Assembly (NCBI GenBank): GCA_963974885.1
Contig: CAXBEY010000003.1
Coordinates: forward strand, 1-58,282
DNA from: an uncultured Alphaproteobacteria bacterium
Lineage (GTDB): Bacteria > Pseudomonadota > Alphaproteobacteria > Caedimonadales > UBA9215
Direction of reading: 5' to 3'
DNA length: 58,282 nt
Below the pieces are notes generated by a model. That model was not told where the DNA came from, made no database searches, and saw only the letters and a program-made list of their open reading frames with translations. The first letter of the stretch is position 1, and every line of letters begins with the position of its first letter. This document shows positions 1 to 10,158 of the stretch, piece by piece. A program made the translations under genes and the position numbers.

Positions 1-48
1 AAGGCTCGGGGCTTTTTTTGTGCCATCAGGGTGGGCTTCCTGAGTCGC

Positions 49-1488
49 TTACTTTATAAAAGTAAAACGGGCAGTCACACCAAGAGCACCAACCCCAAGA
101 AAATTAATAAAGTACCCCGATGAATATTTTGCAATAAAATCAATTTGCGTTCCTGTGTGCTTAGCCATTTCTACAGTAATAAGTACCTGCACATCTTCTC
201 GCATCCCCTCTGGAAAAAGGCGCGCGCTATTTCTGCCGAGAGCCGCTGCAAATTCAATAATTTGACCAGAGGTTAGATTTTCATCTTGAATGGCCTTTAG
301 AATAGATATTTTATTTTCAAGCTTTACAATATTCCTAAAAAAGACGCTTCGCGTTTCTGCAATCGCAGAAATTTCCACCGATGACAATAGAGTCAAGGCT
401 GTCATAAGCCGAACCGTTGAGAAAGGATCTTCTCCCTCAAAAAGCTGCCCTCTCTTATTATTAATTTTTTCTAAGAAAGCCTGTATCTCAGCAGAGAAAA
501 ACCTTACGGAAGCAAAATGCTTTATCAAAATCCCCCAAGTAAAATTACTCATCCCCTCTATAAACAAGCTTTCTTTATTTTTCCTTATGTCATCCATAAA
601 AATCTTTTTTTCGTTTGGCGTCAGATGATCTTCATAAAAGAAATCCAAAATACCTTTTGTGAAAGACCATTTTCTATCCTCCTCTACCTCTGCAAAAAAA
701 ACATCCCAATTATCACGGGCAAGTCTTACTTGCTCCCTTGTCAAACGCATAAAAGCCCTCTTTATAACATGATGATAATAAGGCTCTGCCCCTTCTAAAA
801 AAATATCACAGTCTCCGGCTTCAAGACCTTGAATTCCCTTTGCAAGGGTTTCAGGGGGGACACAGGAAAAATAGGGTAAACTATTATAATAATAAAAAGA
901 AGGTCTCTTTCCAGCTCCAAAAAAGTAATCTGGGTAAGCCATGAAAAGTAAGAGAGTTGCAGGATTCTTTACATTCTCTCTAAGCAAGCGCAAAAAGTCT
1001 TCGCTTAAATTCTTTTTTGCCTCAGGAGAGTGAAGTCTCTTTAAAGCCCCCTCATATAACGCTGGGTCTTGAGTAGAGAGAGAAAGTTGAATTGATTTGA
1101 CTATGCTCGGCCTAAAGAAAGTAGGTAGCGATTTTTTTACAGTTTCTCTATATTTTTTGGCCGTATAATGAGTAAAACACCTTTCTGCTTCGACAGTGTT
1201 AGCAATACCCCAGAAACGACGACAGGTTGCCCTTAGGTGTTCCAAGGATTGTAGGTCAAGGTATCCAGCAATGTGGGTGAGAATCTCATCAGGAAGTTCT
1301 AATAGAGAGGATGTTTGTTCAATTTTCAGCTCTTGTTCTTCTTTCTTGCCTCCCCTCTCTTCTCTTGCCTGCCGCACTCTTAAGCGCTTCATTTCTTCCT
1401 CTGTCCACGCAGAGGAAGCTTGTAAAGATGTCAGAACGAGAAAAGAAGACAAAAGCTTTAATAAAAAAGAGTTTTTAAAGTGCAACAT
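49..1488 (-). CDS. Secreted F-box domain protein with degenerate helical repeats (putative effector)
   Basis: N-terminal signal peptide (…LVLTSLQA); F-box motif LLELPDEILTHIAGYLDLQSLEHLRATCRRF; C-terminal half has recurring LF.EG(M) helical units. Confidence 0.8.
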   Translation of the reverse strand: MLHFKNSFLLKLLSSFLVLTSLQASSAWTEEEMKRLRVRQAREERGGKKEEQELKIEQTSSLLELPDEILTHIAGYLDLQSLEHLRATCRRFWGIANTVEAERCFTHYTAKKYRETVKKSLPTFFRPSIVKSIQLSLSTQDPALYEGALKRLHSPEAKKNLSEDFLRLLRENVKNPATLLLFMAYPDYFFGAGKRPSFYYYNSLPYFSCVPPETLAKGIQGLEAGDCDIFLEGAEPYYHHVIKRAFMRLTREQVRLARDNWDVFFAEVEEDRKWSFTKGILDFFYEDHLTPNEKKIFMDDIRKNKESLFIEGMSNFTWGILIKHFASVRFFSAEIQAFLEKINNKRGQLFEGEDPFSTVRLMTALTLLSSVEISAIAETRSVFFRNIVKLENKISILKAIQDENLTSGQIIEFAAALGRNSARLFPEGMREDVQVLITVEMAKHTGTQIDFIAKYSSGYFINFLGVGALGVTARFTFIK

Positions 1489-1546
1489 ATGAAAAAAACA
1501 AAATTTGAGCCAATGATAGTAGCTTATAAAAATAACGGTTAATCTG

Positions 1547-2515
1547 TCAAGTTTTTAGATTATTTGAAGTGCCCTCAACCTTTTTTAAAGCAACACGCTG
1601 GTAAAGAGCGCGCGCAAAATTATCCAGTAAAACACCTAAGCGGATGTAAAATGGCCTCTCTTTTGCCCGATGTATCGCTCCCACAGCTTCAAAGGTAAAA
1701 CCTTTCAAACCTTTTTGAAGAAAGAGCATTTTTGTCACAAGCCCTTGATAAGTCACAAAAGGATTTTCTGAAATCACCAAAACATGGCCTGTCTTGGGGG
1801 TGTATTTATGGGCAAATGCCTCCACGGTATCTGCTGTGGTTGCGCGCTTTGCCCCATCTTTTTTAGGAGCATTCACATAAAGAGGTTCAAGGGCCGATAA
1901 AGGAGGGGTAAGCTTTAATTGCTCCCATAAAAATGGCGGTAAATCCATCTCATTTTGAGGAAGAGTCTCCGGCACAACCCATTCTCCCTGCTGCTCATAA
2001 GGGGCAGAAGACATCAAAACTTCAGGGGTTTCACTGGGGAAAAGGGGCCGATCGCCGCTCAGAAAAACCACACGCACCGTTGGCTGAAGCACAATGTGCC
2101 CCTCCTTTACAAGGCGATTTAAGAACATAATACGAGAACGTAGACTAGGCGCCGTACTCCCCATAATCAAAATATAATCTGGCTTCCTGTTTTGAGGCAG
2201 AACGTCCTTTAAATCCCCAAGAGCGTCAAAAGCCTTGTAAACAACAACCTTCTCTTCCAGTGTTAAAGGCCCCACAAGCTCTTTATAGTGCGCTATAGTC
2301 TCGGGGGAAGAGCGCTCTTGACCACGGGGGCGTAGAAAATTTGATTGGGCAAAGGCATTCATCTCTTCTAAAGAGCTCTCAGCCGTGAGGTCTGCTTTGA
2401 AAGCTTGGAAGATCTTAACAGCGTGATTTTTCCATTGGTCTTCAGGAGGAAGTTCCTGAAAGGAACAGGTGGCCACAAAAAAGGTTAGAAGAAAAGTAAA
2501 CTGTTTTTTGAGCAT
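1547..2515 (-). CDS. Conserved hypothetical exported protein, possibly YdcF/DUF218-like fold
   Basis: Long ORF; likely start at MLKKQF with a hydrophobic leader; motifs YILIMGS…LRSR, RATTADT and VLVISENPF. Confidence 0.45.
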   Translation of the reverse strand: MLKKQFTFLLTFFVATCSFQELPPEDQWKNHAVKIFQAFKADLTAESSLEEMNAFAQSNFLRPRGQERSSPETIAHYKELVGPLTLEEKVVVYKAFDALGDLKDVLPQNRKPDYILIMGSTAPSLRSRIMFLNRLVKEGHIVLQPTVRVVFLSGDRPLFPSETPEVLMSSAPYEQQGEWVVPETLPQNEMDLPPFLWEQLKLTPPLSALEPLYVNAPKKDGAKRATTADTVEAFAHKYTPKTGHVLVISENPFVTYQGLVTKMLFLQKGLKGFTFEAVGAIHRAKERPFYIRLGVLLDNFARALYQRVALKKVEGTSNNLKT

Positions 2516-2540
2516 GCTCTGCACCCTTTCCTGTTTTGTT

Positions 2541-3941
2541 TTAAGCTGTTTTTTCAGAGCTCTCGTTAGCTGGAGTGACTTTTTGCGCAAGCACCTCTGT
2601 TTTTTGTGCCAAGGGGTCGCGCAACGTTTCGAGGAGTTTTTCAGAGAGAGCTTTATTAGCCATAAAGCGTTGTAATTCTGTCCCCTTTAACTTTGCTGCA
2701 GGCATCATTTTAATATGCTTTGGATTAATTTGTTTACCATTAGCTAGCAATTCATAGTGGAGATGATTTCCGGTGGCACGGCCCGTGCATCCCACATACC
2801 CAATAACTTGTCCTTGACGAACGGAACTTCCCACCTTAAGGCCTTTGGCATAGCGACATAAATGAGCATAAGCCGTTGAATATTTTGTATTATGTTTAAC
2901 GCGAATATAGTTTCCATAACTGCTAAAGCGTCCAATACGGACAATTTTTCCAGCTCCTGCAGCCATAACAGGCGTCCCTCGAGGGGCTGCAAAATCAACC
3001 CCTTTATGCATTTTTGTAAACCCTAAAACAGGGTGACGTCGTCGGCCAAACACACTAGAAATACGAGCCCCATCAACGGGTGTTCGCAAAAGACCTTTCT
3101 TAACGGCCTCGCCTTTCTCATTGAAATACTGAGCCACGCCCCCCTTTGTTGTATGGCGATAAATATGGATCTTTTCCCCATGGAGGGTCAAACACGCATA
3201 GATTAAATCTCCAGGTTCTTCCTCGAGACTTTCAGCATTTTTATGAAAATCGAATAACAAACAATAACCATCTCCAGCTTGGAAAGAACGTTGAAAATCA
3301 ACATCATAACTAAAGGCTTGAATCATATTGTGGATAATTTTTGGATGAGCTCCTTGCTTAATGGCATCCACATAAAGAGAGCTCTCAATAGTGCCTTCTG
3401 CATGACGATACTCATGGATCAGTTCTTTTTTATCCAAACGAGCCTGATAAAGGCCCGCCTCATCTTGTTCAACCACGACGTCTTTTTCAAGGGAAAGTTT
3501 TATGACAAGACGAACCAAATCCTTTGCGGCACTCTTTGCTGAAGGAGGCCGATAGGTAATAAAAAGTTTGTGATCTGTTCTTAAATCCCGGGGATTAAAA
3601 ATCGTTTTAAGGGCCTGAATAAGAGAGAGGGTTTGGTCCTTAGAAATTTCGGCGCGGTATAAAACAGATGTAAAATTATCGCCGCGCTTAACATCAAGGG
3701 TTTCATCCATAAATTCCGGTGTCTCCGGCAAGGCTCCTTGGGAGTCCTCGCCCTCACAAGGCTGGCACTCTTCTTGATTGAGAGCCGTTAACTGCCATTG
3801 CTCTATTTGTTGGCTGGTGTAATCCCAAAGAGCAATAACAGAGGCGCTAACAATAAGAAGAGCACCTGCCAAAAGCCTCAAGGTTGATCGTTGCATTACA
3901 CTTTCTAAAGGGGTCATATTTTGTTCACTTATTATCTGCAC
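2541..3941 (-). CDS. M23 family peptidoglycan DD-endopeptidase (MepM-like)
   Basis: HKGVDFAAPRGTPV and HLHYE zinc motifs; N-terminal TM segment and LysM-like VKRGDNF. Confidence 0.93.
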   Translation of the reverse strand: MQIISEQNMTPLESVMQRSTLRLLAGALLIVSASVIALWDYTSQQIEQWQLTALNQEECQPCEGEDSQGALPETPEFMDETLDVKRGDNFTSVLYRAEISKDQTLSLIQALKTIFNPRDLRTDHKLFITYRPPSAKSAAKDLVRLVIKLSLEKDVVVEQDEAGLYQARLDKKELIHEYRHAEGTIESSLYVDAIKQGAHPKIIHNMIQAFSYDVDFQRSFQAGDGYCLLFDFHKNAESLEEEPGDLIYACLTLHGEKIHIYRHTTKGGVAQYFNEKGEAVKKGLLRTPVDGARISSVFGRRRHPVLGFTKMHKGVDFAAPRGTPVMAAGAGKIVRIGRFSSYGNYIRVKHNTKYSTAYAHLCRYAKGLKVGSSVRQGQVIGYVGCTGRATGNHLHYELLANGKQINPKHIKMMPAAKLKGTELQRFMANKALSEKLLETLRDPLAQKTEVLAQKVTPANESSEKTA

Positions 3942-4098
3942 TAAGCTTTAAAATCAAAGGATCTCCCTATTAGTCATACTGAGATTTTCTCAAGGCGTCC
4001 ATAATCTTTTTTCAAGAAAAGTCATTTTCTTAACGAACTATTAAGATTGGTTTGAAATGCTAGAGATAAGGCTTAATTTCACTAAGGATTCTTTCATA

Positions 4099-5697
4099 AT
4101 GAACAAGCGTTTCGTTCCTTTCTTCTTTTCTATTTTTTTGTTGGCATTCCCGTCAGTTTATGCCATTGACCTTGGACCTCAATTAAAAGCAAAACTGGAT
4201 AAGCCTCAATCCCTTAATGCAAGAAATGATCAGGTTAAAAATGCCGCTAACTTCTACAAAAACCGAAATTTTCAACAAATTTGGGTAGAAGGAAATAGCT
4301 TAACATCAGCCGCAGAAACGGTCCTTGATGTCCTCAAAAATGCGGCCTCTGAAGGCCTTGACCCCCGTGATTATGCCAAAGCCCTTGATTTAGCTGAACA
4401 AGCGAAAAATAATCCCGCCAAGCTTTTAGACGCTGAGATCGCCTTAAGTGCCCTTGCCCTTGACTATGTTGATGATGTTTTGGGAGAGCGTTTAAACCCT
4501 CGAAAAGTTAAAAAGGAACTCTACCTAAAAGCGAAAAATATTGATGCTGTCCAAATTATGACCAGCTCTATGGCGAAAGATCCCTCAGGGAAATGGCTTG
4601 CCGAGCTTACCATTAGTCATCCCGAATACCAATTGCTGAAAAAAACACTAGCTGAGTACAGGGCACGAGAAGGACAAAAGCATTATCCTAAACTCTCATT
4701 GGGTAAAAAAATAGAGCTTGGTAGCAATGGAGGACGTGTTGAAACCCTCCAATGGCAATTGTCTGCTTTAAACTATCTTGTTGAAAAACACTCCCAGGGA
4801 ACCGTTGACGGGGCAACAGAGCGAGCCATTAAAGCTTTCCAAGAGGAAAATAACCTGAAACCAGATGGATTTGTGGGCCCCAAAACTATTGCTGCTTTAA
4901 ATAGTTTTAGTCTTGAAGATCGCATCCGACAACTCATTGTTTCCATGGAGCGCTGGCGCTGGTTGCCGGAAAATTTAGGAAGTCGCTATGTTCTTGTGAA
5001 CATTGCAGGCTTTGACTTAACGGCCGTTGAAAATGGCGTTGAAAAGCTCCGCATGCCTGTCATTATTGGAAAAACCTATCGCAAAACCCCTGTTTTTTCC
5101 TCAAATATCTATTCTGTTCGATTTAATCCCTCATGGCATGTGCCTCGCAGCATCGCTGTTAAGGATAAGCTGAAAAAAATTCGGAAAGACCCTGGGTACT
5201 TAAGTCGTAATGGCTACATTCTCTATGATTCAAGTGGCAGTCGGATTAGTGCTAATAGTGTGAATTGGGGTTCCATTTCAGCCTCCAACTTCAATTTCCG
5301 TATTCGGCAAAACCCAGGGTCTAACAATGCCCTTGGGAAAATCAGATTCGCCATTAAAAGTCCTTTTAACATTTATCTGCACTCTACCCCTGATAAGCAT
5401 TTGTTTCAAAAAGAAAAGCGCAGTTTCAGCTCTGGCTGCATTCGGGTTGGGGATCCAAAAGCCCTAGCGGTCTTTGTTTTCAACGACCAAGGCACTTGGC
5501 CCTATGATCGTATTGCCAAAAATATGGAAGGCACACAAACTCAGAATGTTGCCCTTAAAGACCCTGTAAATGTTTATATTTCCTATTTTACTGTTTGGAA
5601 AAGCCGTGACGGAAAACTCCGTTTTAGCCAAGATATTTATGGACAGGACAAAGCTATTTGGGCGGCCCTGCAGAGCAGAAAAGGGAATCGTATCTAA
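4099..5697 (+). CDS. Murein L,D-transpeptidase (YcbB/LdtD family)
   Basis: Signal peptide; PG-binding domain (AIKAFQEENNLKPDGFVG); YkuD motif IYLHSTP…SSGCIRV. Confidence 0.93.
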   Translation: MNKRFVPFFFSIFLLAFPSVYAIDLGPQLKAKLDKPQSLNARNDQVKNAANFYKNRNFQQIWVEGNSLTSAAETVLDVLKNAASEGLDPRDYAKALDLAEQAKNNPAKLLDAEIALSALALDYVDDVLGERLNPRKVKKELYLKAKNIDAVQIMTSSMAKDPSGKWLAELTISHPEYQLLKKTLAEYRAREGQKHYPKLSLGKKIELGSNGGRVETLQWQLSALNYLVEKHSQGTVDGATERAIKAFQEENNLKPDGFVGPKTIAALNSFSLEDRIRQLIVSMERWRWLPENLGSRYVLVNIAGFDLTAVENGVEKLRMPVIIGKTYRKTPVFSSNIYSVRFNPSWHVPRSIAVKDKLKKIRKDPGYLSRNGYILYDSSGSRISANSVNWGSISASNFNFRIRQNPGSNNALGKIRFAIKSPFNIYLHSTPDKHLFQKEKRSFSSGCIRVGDPKALAVFVFNDQGTWPYDRIAKNMEGTQTQNVALKDPVNVYISYFTVWKSRDGKLRFSQDIYGQDKAIWAALQSRKGNRI

Positions 5698-5717
5698 GGA
5701 TGTGAAAGGCGTAGCGT

Positions 5718-6128
5718 ATGGTTAATATAAAGAAAATCATTAAAACCAATGAGCAATGGCAGCTCGAACTCACCCCCGATGTCTATTACATTTGCCGTTT
5801 AAAAGGAACAGAGGCTCCAGGTTCAGGGAAATACAATCAACATTTTAAAAGTGGTCTTTACACATGCGCTTGTTGTGATGCACCTCTTTTTTCTTCCAGA
5901 GCAAAATATGAAACAGAGTGCGGTTGGCCCAGTTTTTATCAACCCATTACAGATACTTCTGTGGATTATCGTCGCGATACATCCCTTGAAATTGCCCGTG
6001 TTGAGGTCGTTTGTGGGGCTTGCCACGCCCACTTAGGTCATGTCTTTAATGATGGTCCAAAACCAACAGGACACCGCTATTGCATCAATTCTCTCGCCTT
6101 GAAATTCCAAAGTGAAAAAGAAGAGTGA
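5718..6128 (+). CDS. msrB: Peptide methionine sulfoxide reductase B
   Basis: GTEAP, CGWPSF, HLGHVFNDGPKPTGHRYCINS. Confidence 0.97.
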   Translation: MVNIKKIIKTNEQWQLELTPDVYYICRLKGTEAPGSGKYNQHFKSGLYTCACCDAPLFSSRAKYETECGWPSFYQPITDTSVDYRRDTSLEIARVEVVCGACHAHLGHVFNDGPKPTGHRYCINSLALKFQSEKEE

Positions 6129-6152
6129 TAGTGGATTACCTTTGCAGAAGCT

Positions 6153-6938
6153 CTAAGCTGGCTGTTTATCCAAGAAAGTCATTAAGGTCGTGGCAAAAGA
6201 AACCGGGGTTTCTTGCATGGGATAATGGCCTGTATTTTTAATCTCACAGAGCTCACAGTGAGGAAACCACTTGGCAAATGTTTCTTCTATGACAGGTCGA
6301 CGGTACCCTTCCGCATCGCTGTCACCAAAAATAACAGCCATTGGGATTTCAAGTCCCTTTACTTCTTCTAAGATATTAGAGTTTAAAAAGAGATGCATAT
6401 ACCCAACACGGGCTTCTGCTATGGAGGTTTCACGCCACTTTTTCACCTTAAAATCAACCCATGTTTTACCATACCGATTGTCCGTCATCATATGGGCGGC
6501 TTGAGCAGCGAGTTCATCATTATCCGTTGCAGCAGCGGTCATAAATTCTAGAATCTCTGGCGTTGTAGCCGGCGTTCCCGTTGCACCAACCGGCGTTACA
6601 GCAACAAAGCTTTTGATACGTTGTTGGGCGAGGGCACAAATAAACTGCCCCATAAGAGCTGACATAGAATGCCCCATAAGGTGGAATTGCGCCCATCCCA
6701 AATGGTCCACGGTATCAATGACATCCTGAGCAACTTCCGCCAAAGTATACTGTCCCGTATTCTCTTTGGATAGCCCGTAGCCTCGAAGGTCTATAAAAGC
6801 ATACTTATAGTTTTCTTGATCAAAATAAGGAAAAGACGGATCATAGCTTGAATGATCGGAAAACCAATCATGTAGGACCACAACTTTGTGAGCCTTGGGA
6901 TTGCGAAGAGCCCCTTTTTTTTCATAACCTAGAATCAT
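6153..6938 (-). CDS. Alpha/beta hydrolase
   Basis: DLRGYGLS, GHSMS nucleophile elbow, GHYPMQE. Confidence 0.9.
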   Translation of the reverse strand: MILGYEKKGALRNPKAHKVVVLHDWFSDHSSYDPSFPYFDQENYKYAFIDLRGYGLSKENTGQYTLAEVAQDVIDTVDHLGWAQFHLMGHSMSALMGQFICALAQQRIKSFVAVTPVGATGTPATTPEILEFMTAAATDNDELAAQAAHMMTDNRYGKTWVDFKVKKWRETSIAEARVGYMHLFLNSNILEEVKGLEIPMAVIFGDSDAEGYRRPVIEETFAKWFPHCELCEIKNTGHYPMQETPVSFATTLMTFLDKQPA

Positions 6939-6977
6939 TTTTTATATACCCTGCCTTTAAAAAATCCATAGAAAAAG

Positions 6978-7072
6978 GTGAGAGGTCACCACGACCCAAA
7001 TAAAAATCGCTGCGGCTGCTTCCTTCCGGACCTGACCGGGTTCACGAGCTATTTACCCATGGGACCTCTCAC
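6978..7072 (-). ncRNA. ffs: Signal recognition particle RNA (4.5S)
   Basis: Minus strand contains the helix-8 signature TCAGGTCCGGAAGGAAGCAGC; ends pair (GTGAGAGGTC…GACCTCTCAC). Confidence 0.95.
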
Positions 7073-7173
7073 TTGAGAAAATAGTCCTAACCCATCCCAA
7101 AGGCAAGAAAAAATTTCATACGCCCCCTTGACCAATCTCTCTTTTTTCTGCACTTTAAGGGGGTAGATAGAAA

Positions 7174-7249
7174 GGGCCTGTAGTTCAGCGGTTAGAACAC
7201 ACCGCTCATAACGGTGGAGTCGTAGGTTCGAGTCCTACCGGGCCCACCA
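7174..7249 (+). tRNA. tRNA with CAT anticodon, probably tRNA-Ile2 (lysidine) rather than Met
   Basis: 76-nt cloverleaf GGGCCTG…CGGGCCCACCA, anticodon loop CTCATAA, TTCGA T-loop; Ile2 inferred from the acceptor stem. Confidence 0.9.
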
Positions 7250-7276
7250 TTTTTTCATAAATGGACCCCCCTTAAA

Positions 7277-7726
7277 ATGTCAAATGATGCCTCAAAATGT
7301 CCCCTATACTTCGCAAACGACCATGCCGGCGTTGACCTTAAAACAGCTCTGGTTAGCCATGCGAAAACCTTGGGTTATGAGGTTATTGACCTTGGAACAG
7401 AGTCAAAAAACTCTGTTGACTATCCGGATTACGCAAAGGCTGTAGCTTTAAAACTCAAAGAAGACCCTCAAGCAATTGGGGTTTTGATTTGCGGAACAGG
7501 TATTGGCATGAGCATCGCAGCAAACCGTTACCCTTGGATTCGGGCTGCCGTTTGTGGCAAAAACCTCAAAATAACCAAGCTTGCCAGAGCCCACAACCAT
7601 GCCAATGTGTTGTGTTTAGGGGCACGTTTCATAGAAGCTAGCCCTGCCAAATCTACCCTTGAAACCTTTCTAAAAACTCCCTTTGAAGAGGGGCGCCATA
7701 CAAATCGTGTGGAAAAGATGTCTTAA
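7277..7726 (+). CDS. rpiB: Ribose-5-phosphate isomerase B
   Basis: DHAG, DYPD, ICGTGIGMSIAANR, HNHANVLCLG, GRH. Confidence 0.97.
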   Translation: MSNDASKCPLYFANDHAGVDLKTALVSHAKTLGYEVIDLGTESKNSVDYPDYAKAVALKLKEDPQAIGVLICGTGIGMSIAANRYPWIRAAVCGKNLKITKLARAHNHANVLCLGARFIEASPAKSTLETFLKTPFEEGRHTNRVEKMS

Positions 7727-7762
7727 AAAGAAGGGGAAATAAAAGGGAAGATAGAAAAGAGG

Positions 7763-7783
7763 GGGATTTTATAAATCCCTTTT
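7763..7783 (+). terminator. Probable intrinsic terminator after rpiB
   Basis: GGGATTT-TAT-AAATCCC followed by TTTT. Confidence 0.45.
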
Positions 7784-7920
7784 ATTGCACAAAGGCTTAT
7801 TGTTTACAAATTTACGGCATAAAAAACCCCTTAGAAAAAATGTTTCCAAGGGGTTTGAGTGGGATTTTTATCTTAAAGCTCTGCCCTCTTTCAAAGAAAA
7901 GAAGAGAGAGAGTGTGTGAG

Positions 7921-8892
7921 TTATCGGGCTGCAACACCAGTAACTATTGCAGCACGGCCTGGCACAGGGGCTCTCATCCAATTTTTTAAGTCAGCCTTCG
8001 TCGCTTTCCTCCAAGCTGCATCATTCGCTGCAAAAGCTTGAGCGGCTTGCATATATGTTGCACCAGCTTTTGCAGCTCTAGGTGAATGGGCAGCTTTATT
8101 AAATTTATTAATTTTAGAGAGAAGCGCTGCTGCTTTTTTATCAATAAGATTAGCTCGTCCTGCAACGTCAGTCACTTTCTGGGCAGTAATTCCCCCCCCT
8201 CCAAGACCGATACCTCGAAGAAGCCCATAAGCCTCCACAGCGTCAGCTGTTACAGGACTCCCCATAACAGTCAACGCATTTGCAGTTCCAATAGTAACAG
8301 CATTAACATCAAGAGGGCCACCAACGGCTCTTAAAAGAGCATCCGCAGCAGCAACAGAATCAGCACTAATACCAACCTTAGCTCCACCATCGGGATTTCT
8401 TAATTTAATAGCAGCTGCAATATTATTAGCATTTACCGCTATAAGTGGGGCATTTTTTTGAAGTGCGTCTAAGGCTTCCATATTTGCTTTATCTACAGGC
8501 AAGTTAATAATTGCTGTTTGTAGTAAACCAGCAATTACTATATTCCGCGGTGTTACATCGTCAGGTTGTGCTCCAGGAATTGCCAATATGGCATTTGCTG
8601 CTGCTATATTATTAGGATTATTAAGAATACCCTTTACCTGAAGAAGAACCGCAGCCGCAGTTGCACCACCGTTATGATCACCTTGTGCAATCAAAGCGGC
8701 ACGATACTCCTCTGTAGTGGGAAGACCAAGGGCTGTTAACGCGGCATTTCTTTGACCTAATAGCTGTTCTGCTGCTTGTTTTCCTGCGGCGGCTTTATTT
8801 ACTCTTTCGATTGCAGCCCCACCAATAGAAACAGCATCTTGGGAAACAAAGGTCGCTGCGATTATAACCGGTAAAATTTTCAAATATTTCAT
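7921..8892 (-). CDS. Secreted Ala-rich hypothetical protein with degenerate ~20-aa repeats
   Basis: Signal peptide; recurring (V/I)(T/N)xx(N/S)(I/V)xAxxxL units. Confidence 0.6.
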   Translation of the reverse strand: MKYLKILPVIIAATFVSQDAVSIGGAAIERVNKAAAGKQAAEQLLGQRNAALTALGLPTTEEYRAALIAQGDHNGGATAAAVLLQVKGILNNPNNIAAANAILAIPGAQPDDVTPRNIVIAGLLQTAIINLPVDKANMEALDALQKNAPLIAVNANNIAAAIKLRNPDGGAKVGISADSVAAADALLRAVGGPLDVNAVTIGTANALTVMGSPVTADAVEAYGLLRGIGLGGGGITAQKVTDVAGRANLIDKKAAALLSKINKFNKAAHSPRAAKAGATYMQAAQAFAANDAAWRKATKADLKNWMRAPVPGRAAIVTGVAAR

Positions 8893-8955
8893 TCTGGTAT
8901 CCTTTTTTCGTTTTGTTTATTAATAAAACCACACCTTATTATGAGCATGGTTTGA

Positions 8956-8970
8956 TTAATTAAAGGTTAA
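8956..8970. promoter_or_regulatory. Consensus CtrA box upstream of the Ala-rich gene
   Basis: TTAA-TTAAAGG-TTAA (TTAA-N7-TTAA); the AT-rich context allows chance matches. Confidence 0.4.
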
Positions 8971-8992
8971 TTTTTTAAATTAACTTCTCCTA

Positions 8993-9679
8993 TTAAACTT
9001 TAAGAAGGACACCAAGTTTCACAGAAATACCATTGTAAGAAACTTTTGTATTTTGCGTAAGGGTACCAACACCACTTGCTCCCTTGATATCTCTACCAAA
9101 AAATTCTCCGGAAACCTCTAAACGAACACCCACATTTTTGTGCACTTCATATTCAGTGCCCAAGGCCGGTACAAAATGAACAATGGTATCGGTTTTTACA
9201 TTTTCTGAAGGTTGGCCACGGCCTTCAACAAGTGCAAACTCAGAAATTCCCGCTCCAAACTTGGCATAAAAGGCTGTTTTTTCATTCATTTTCCAACCAA
9301 CAACGGCGGAAGGAATCACTTGCCAACGCCTTTTTAGCTGTAAACGCCAAAAGTCATCTACAATGGCACGCGAATCGAATGCATCCGCATCCATATTCAT
9401 GCCATCCCAATTTCCTGCAACTTCAAGACCACCAAAGAAATCACCAAAGAAGTAACGAGCCCCTGCAAAGACACCAGCTGTCAAGAAGTTTTCACCCTTA
9501 CTATTGCTTAATTTCACAATAGAATTGTTCGCATTAGAATAAGTATCAAAATCTGCATAGGCAAATGTACCACCGGCTTGGGCACCAAGATACACTTGAG
9601 GAGGTGTCCAGTCAGCTTGCGCATTTAGGGCTGGCAGTACTGTTAAAGCAGTTGTTAGGGCTAAGAGTGTTTTTTTCAT
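8993..9679 (-). CDS. Outer membrane 8-stranded beta-barrel protein (Omp25/OmpA-like)
   Basis: Signal peptide (…ALNAQA); YLGAQAG first strand; amphipathic strands; GTEYEV…VRLE. Confidence 0.8.
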   Translation of the reverse strand: MKKTLLALTTALTVLPALNAQADWTPPQVYLGAQAGGTFAYADFDTYSNANNSIVKLSNSKGENFLTAGVFAGARYFFGDFFGGLEVAGNWDGMNMDADAFDSRAIVDDFWRLQLKRRWQVIPSAVVGWKMNEKTAFYAKFGAGISEFALVEGRGQPSENVKTDTIVHFVPALGTEYEVHKNVGVRLEVSGEFFGRDIKGASGVGTLTQNTKVSYNGISVKLGVLLKV

Positions 9680-9917
9680 GGGAGTTACCTTCCTGTTTTT
9701 TATATAATAACAATTAAACTTTATCTTAATTTACACCAAGTTCAATTCAAAATCTTTCTTATCTCCCTCCTTTTTTCAAAATGTTGCTTTATTGCCACAG
9801 TTTGTTTTGGCGTCACCATCATCCCTAGAAAAAAGAAAATCCAAAAAAAACGCATAAAAAGCAAAAAAGGTCTTTCTTTTTTTTACGGTCTTCGCTACAA
9901 AGGCAGTATCTTGTTGT

Positions 9918-9992
9918 GGGTGATTAGCTCAGCGGGAGAGCATCTCGTTTACACCGAGACGGTCGGGGGTTCAAATCCCTCATCACCCACCA
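9918..9992 (+). tRNA. tRNA-Val (TAC)
   Basis: GGGTGAT…ATCACCCACCA cloverleaf, anticodon loop TTTACAC. Confidence 0.96.
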
Positions 9993-10158
9993 TTTCTTTT
10001 AAGAACCTCCCCCTCGCCTTTTTCCCCAAGGCTATTCCTTAACACCCAAGATCGTACCCTTAGCCCTATTCTATTGAACGATTTCTGCAAAAAAAAGCCC
10101 CCTTCCAGGAGCTTTTTATTTTAACGGATTCAAAAAAGTTACAGCCTAGGAAAGACCT

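Noticed and set aside
6141-6155. TTTGCAGAAGCTCTA resembling a family A end
   Set aside because: Short imperfect match with no partner arm.
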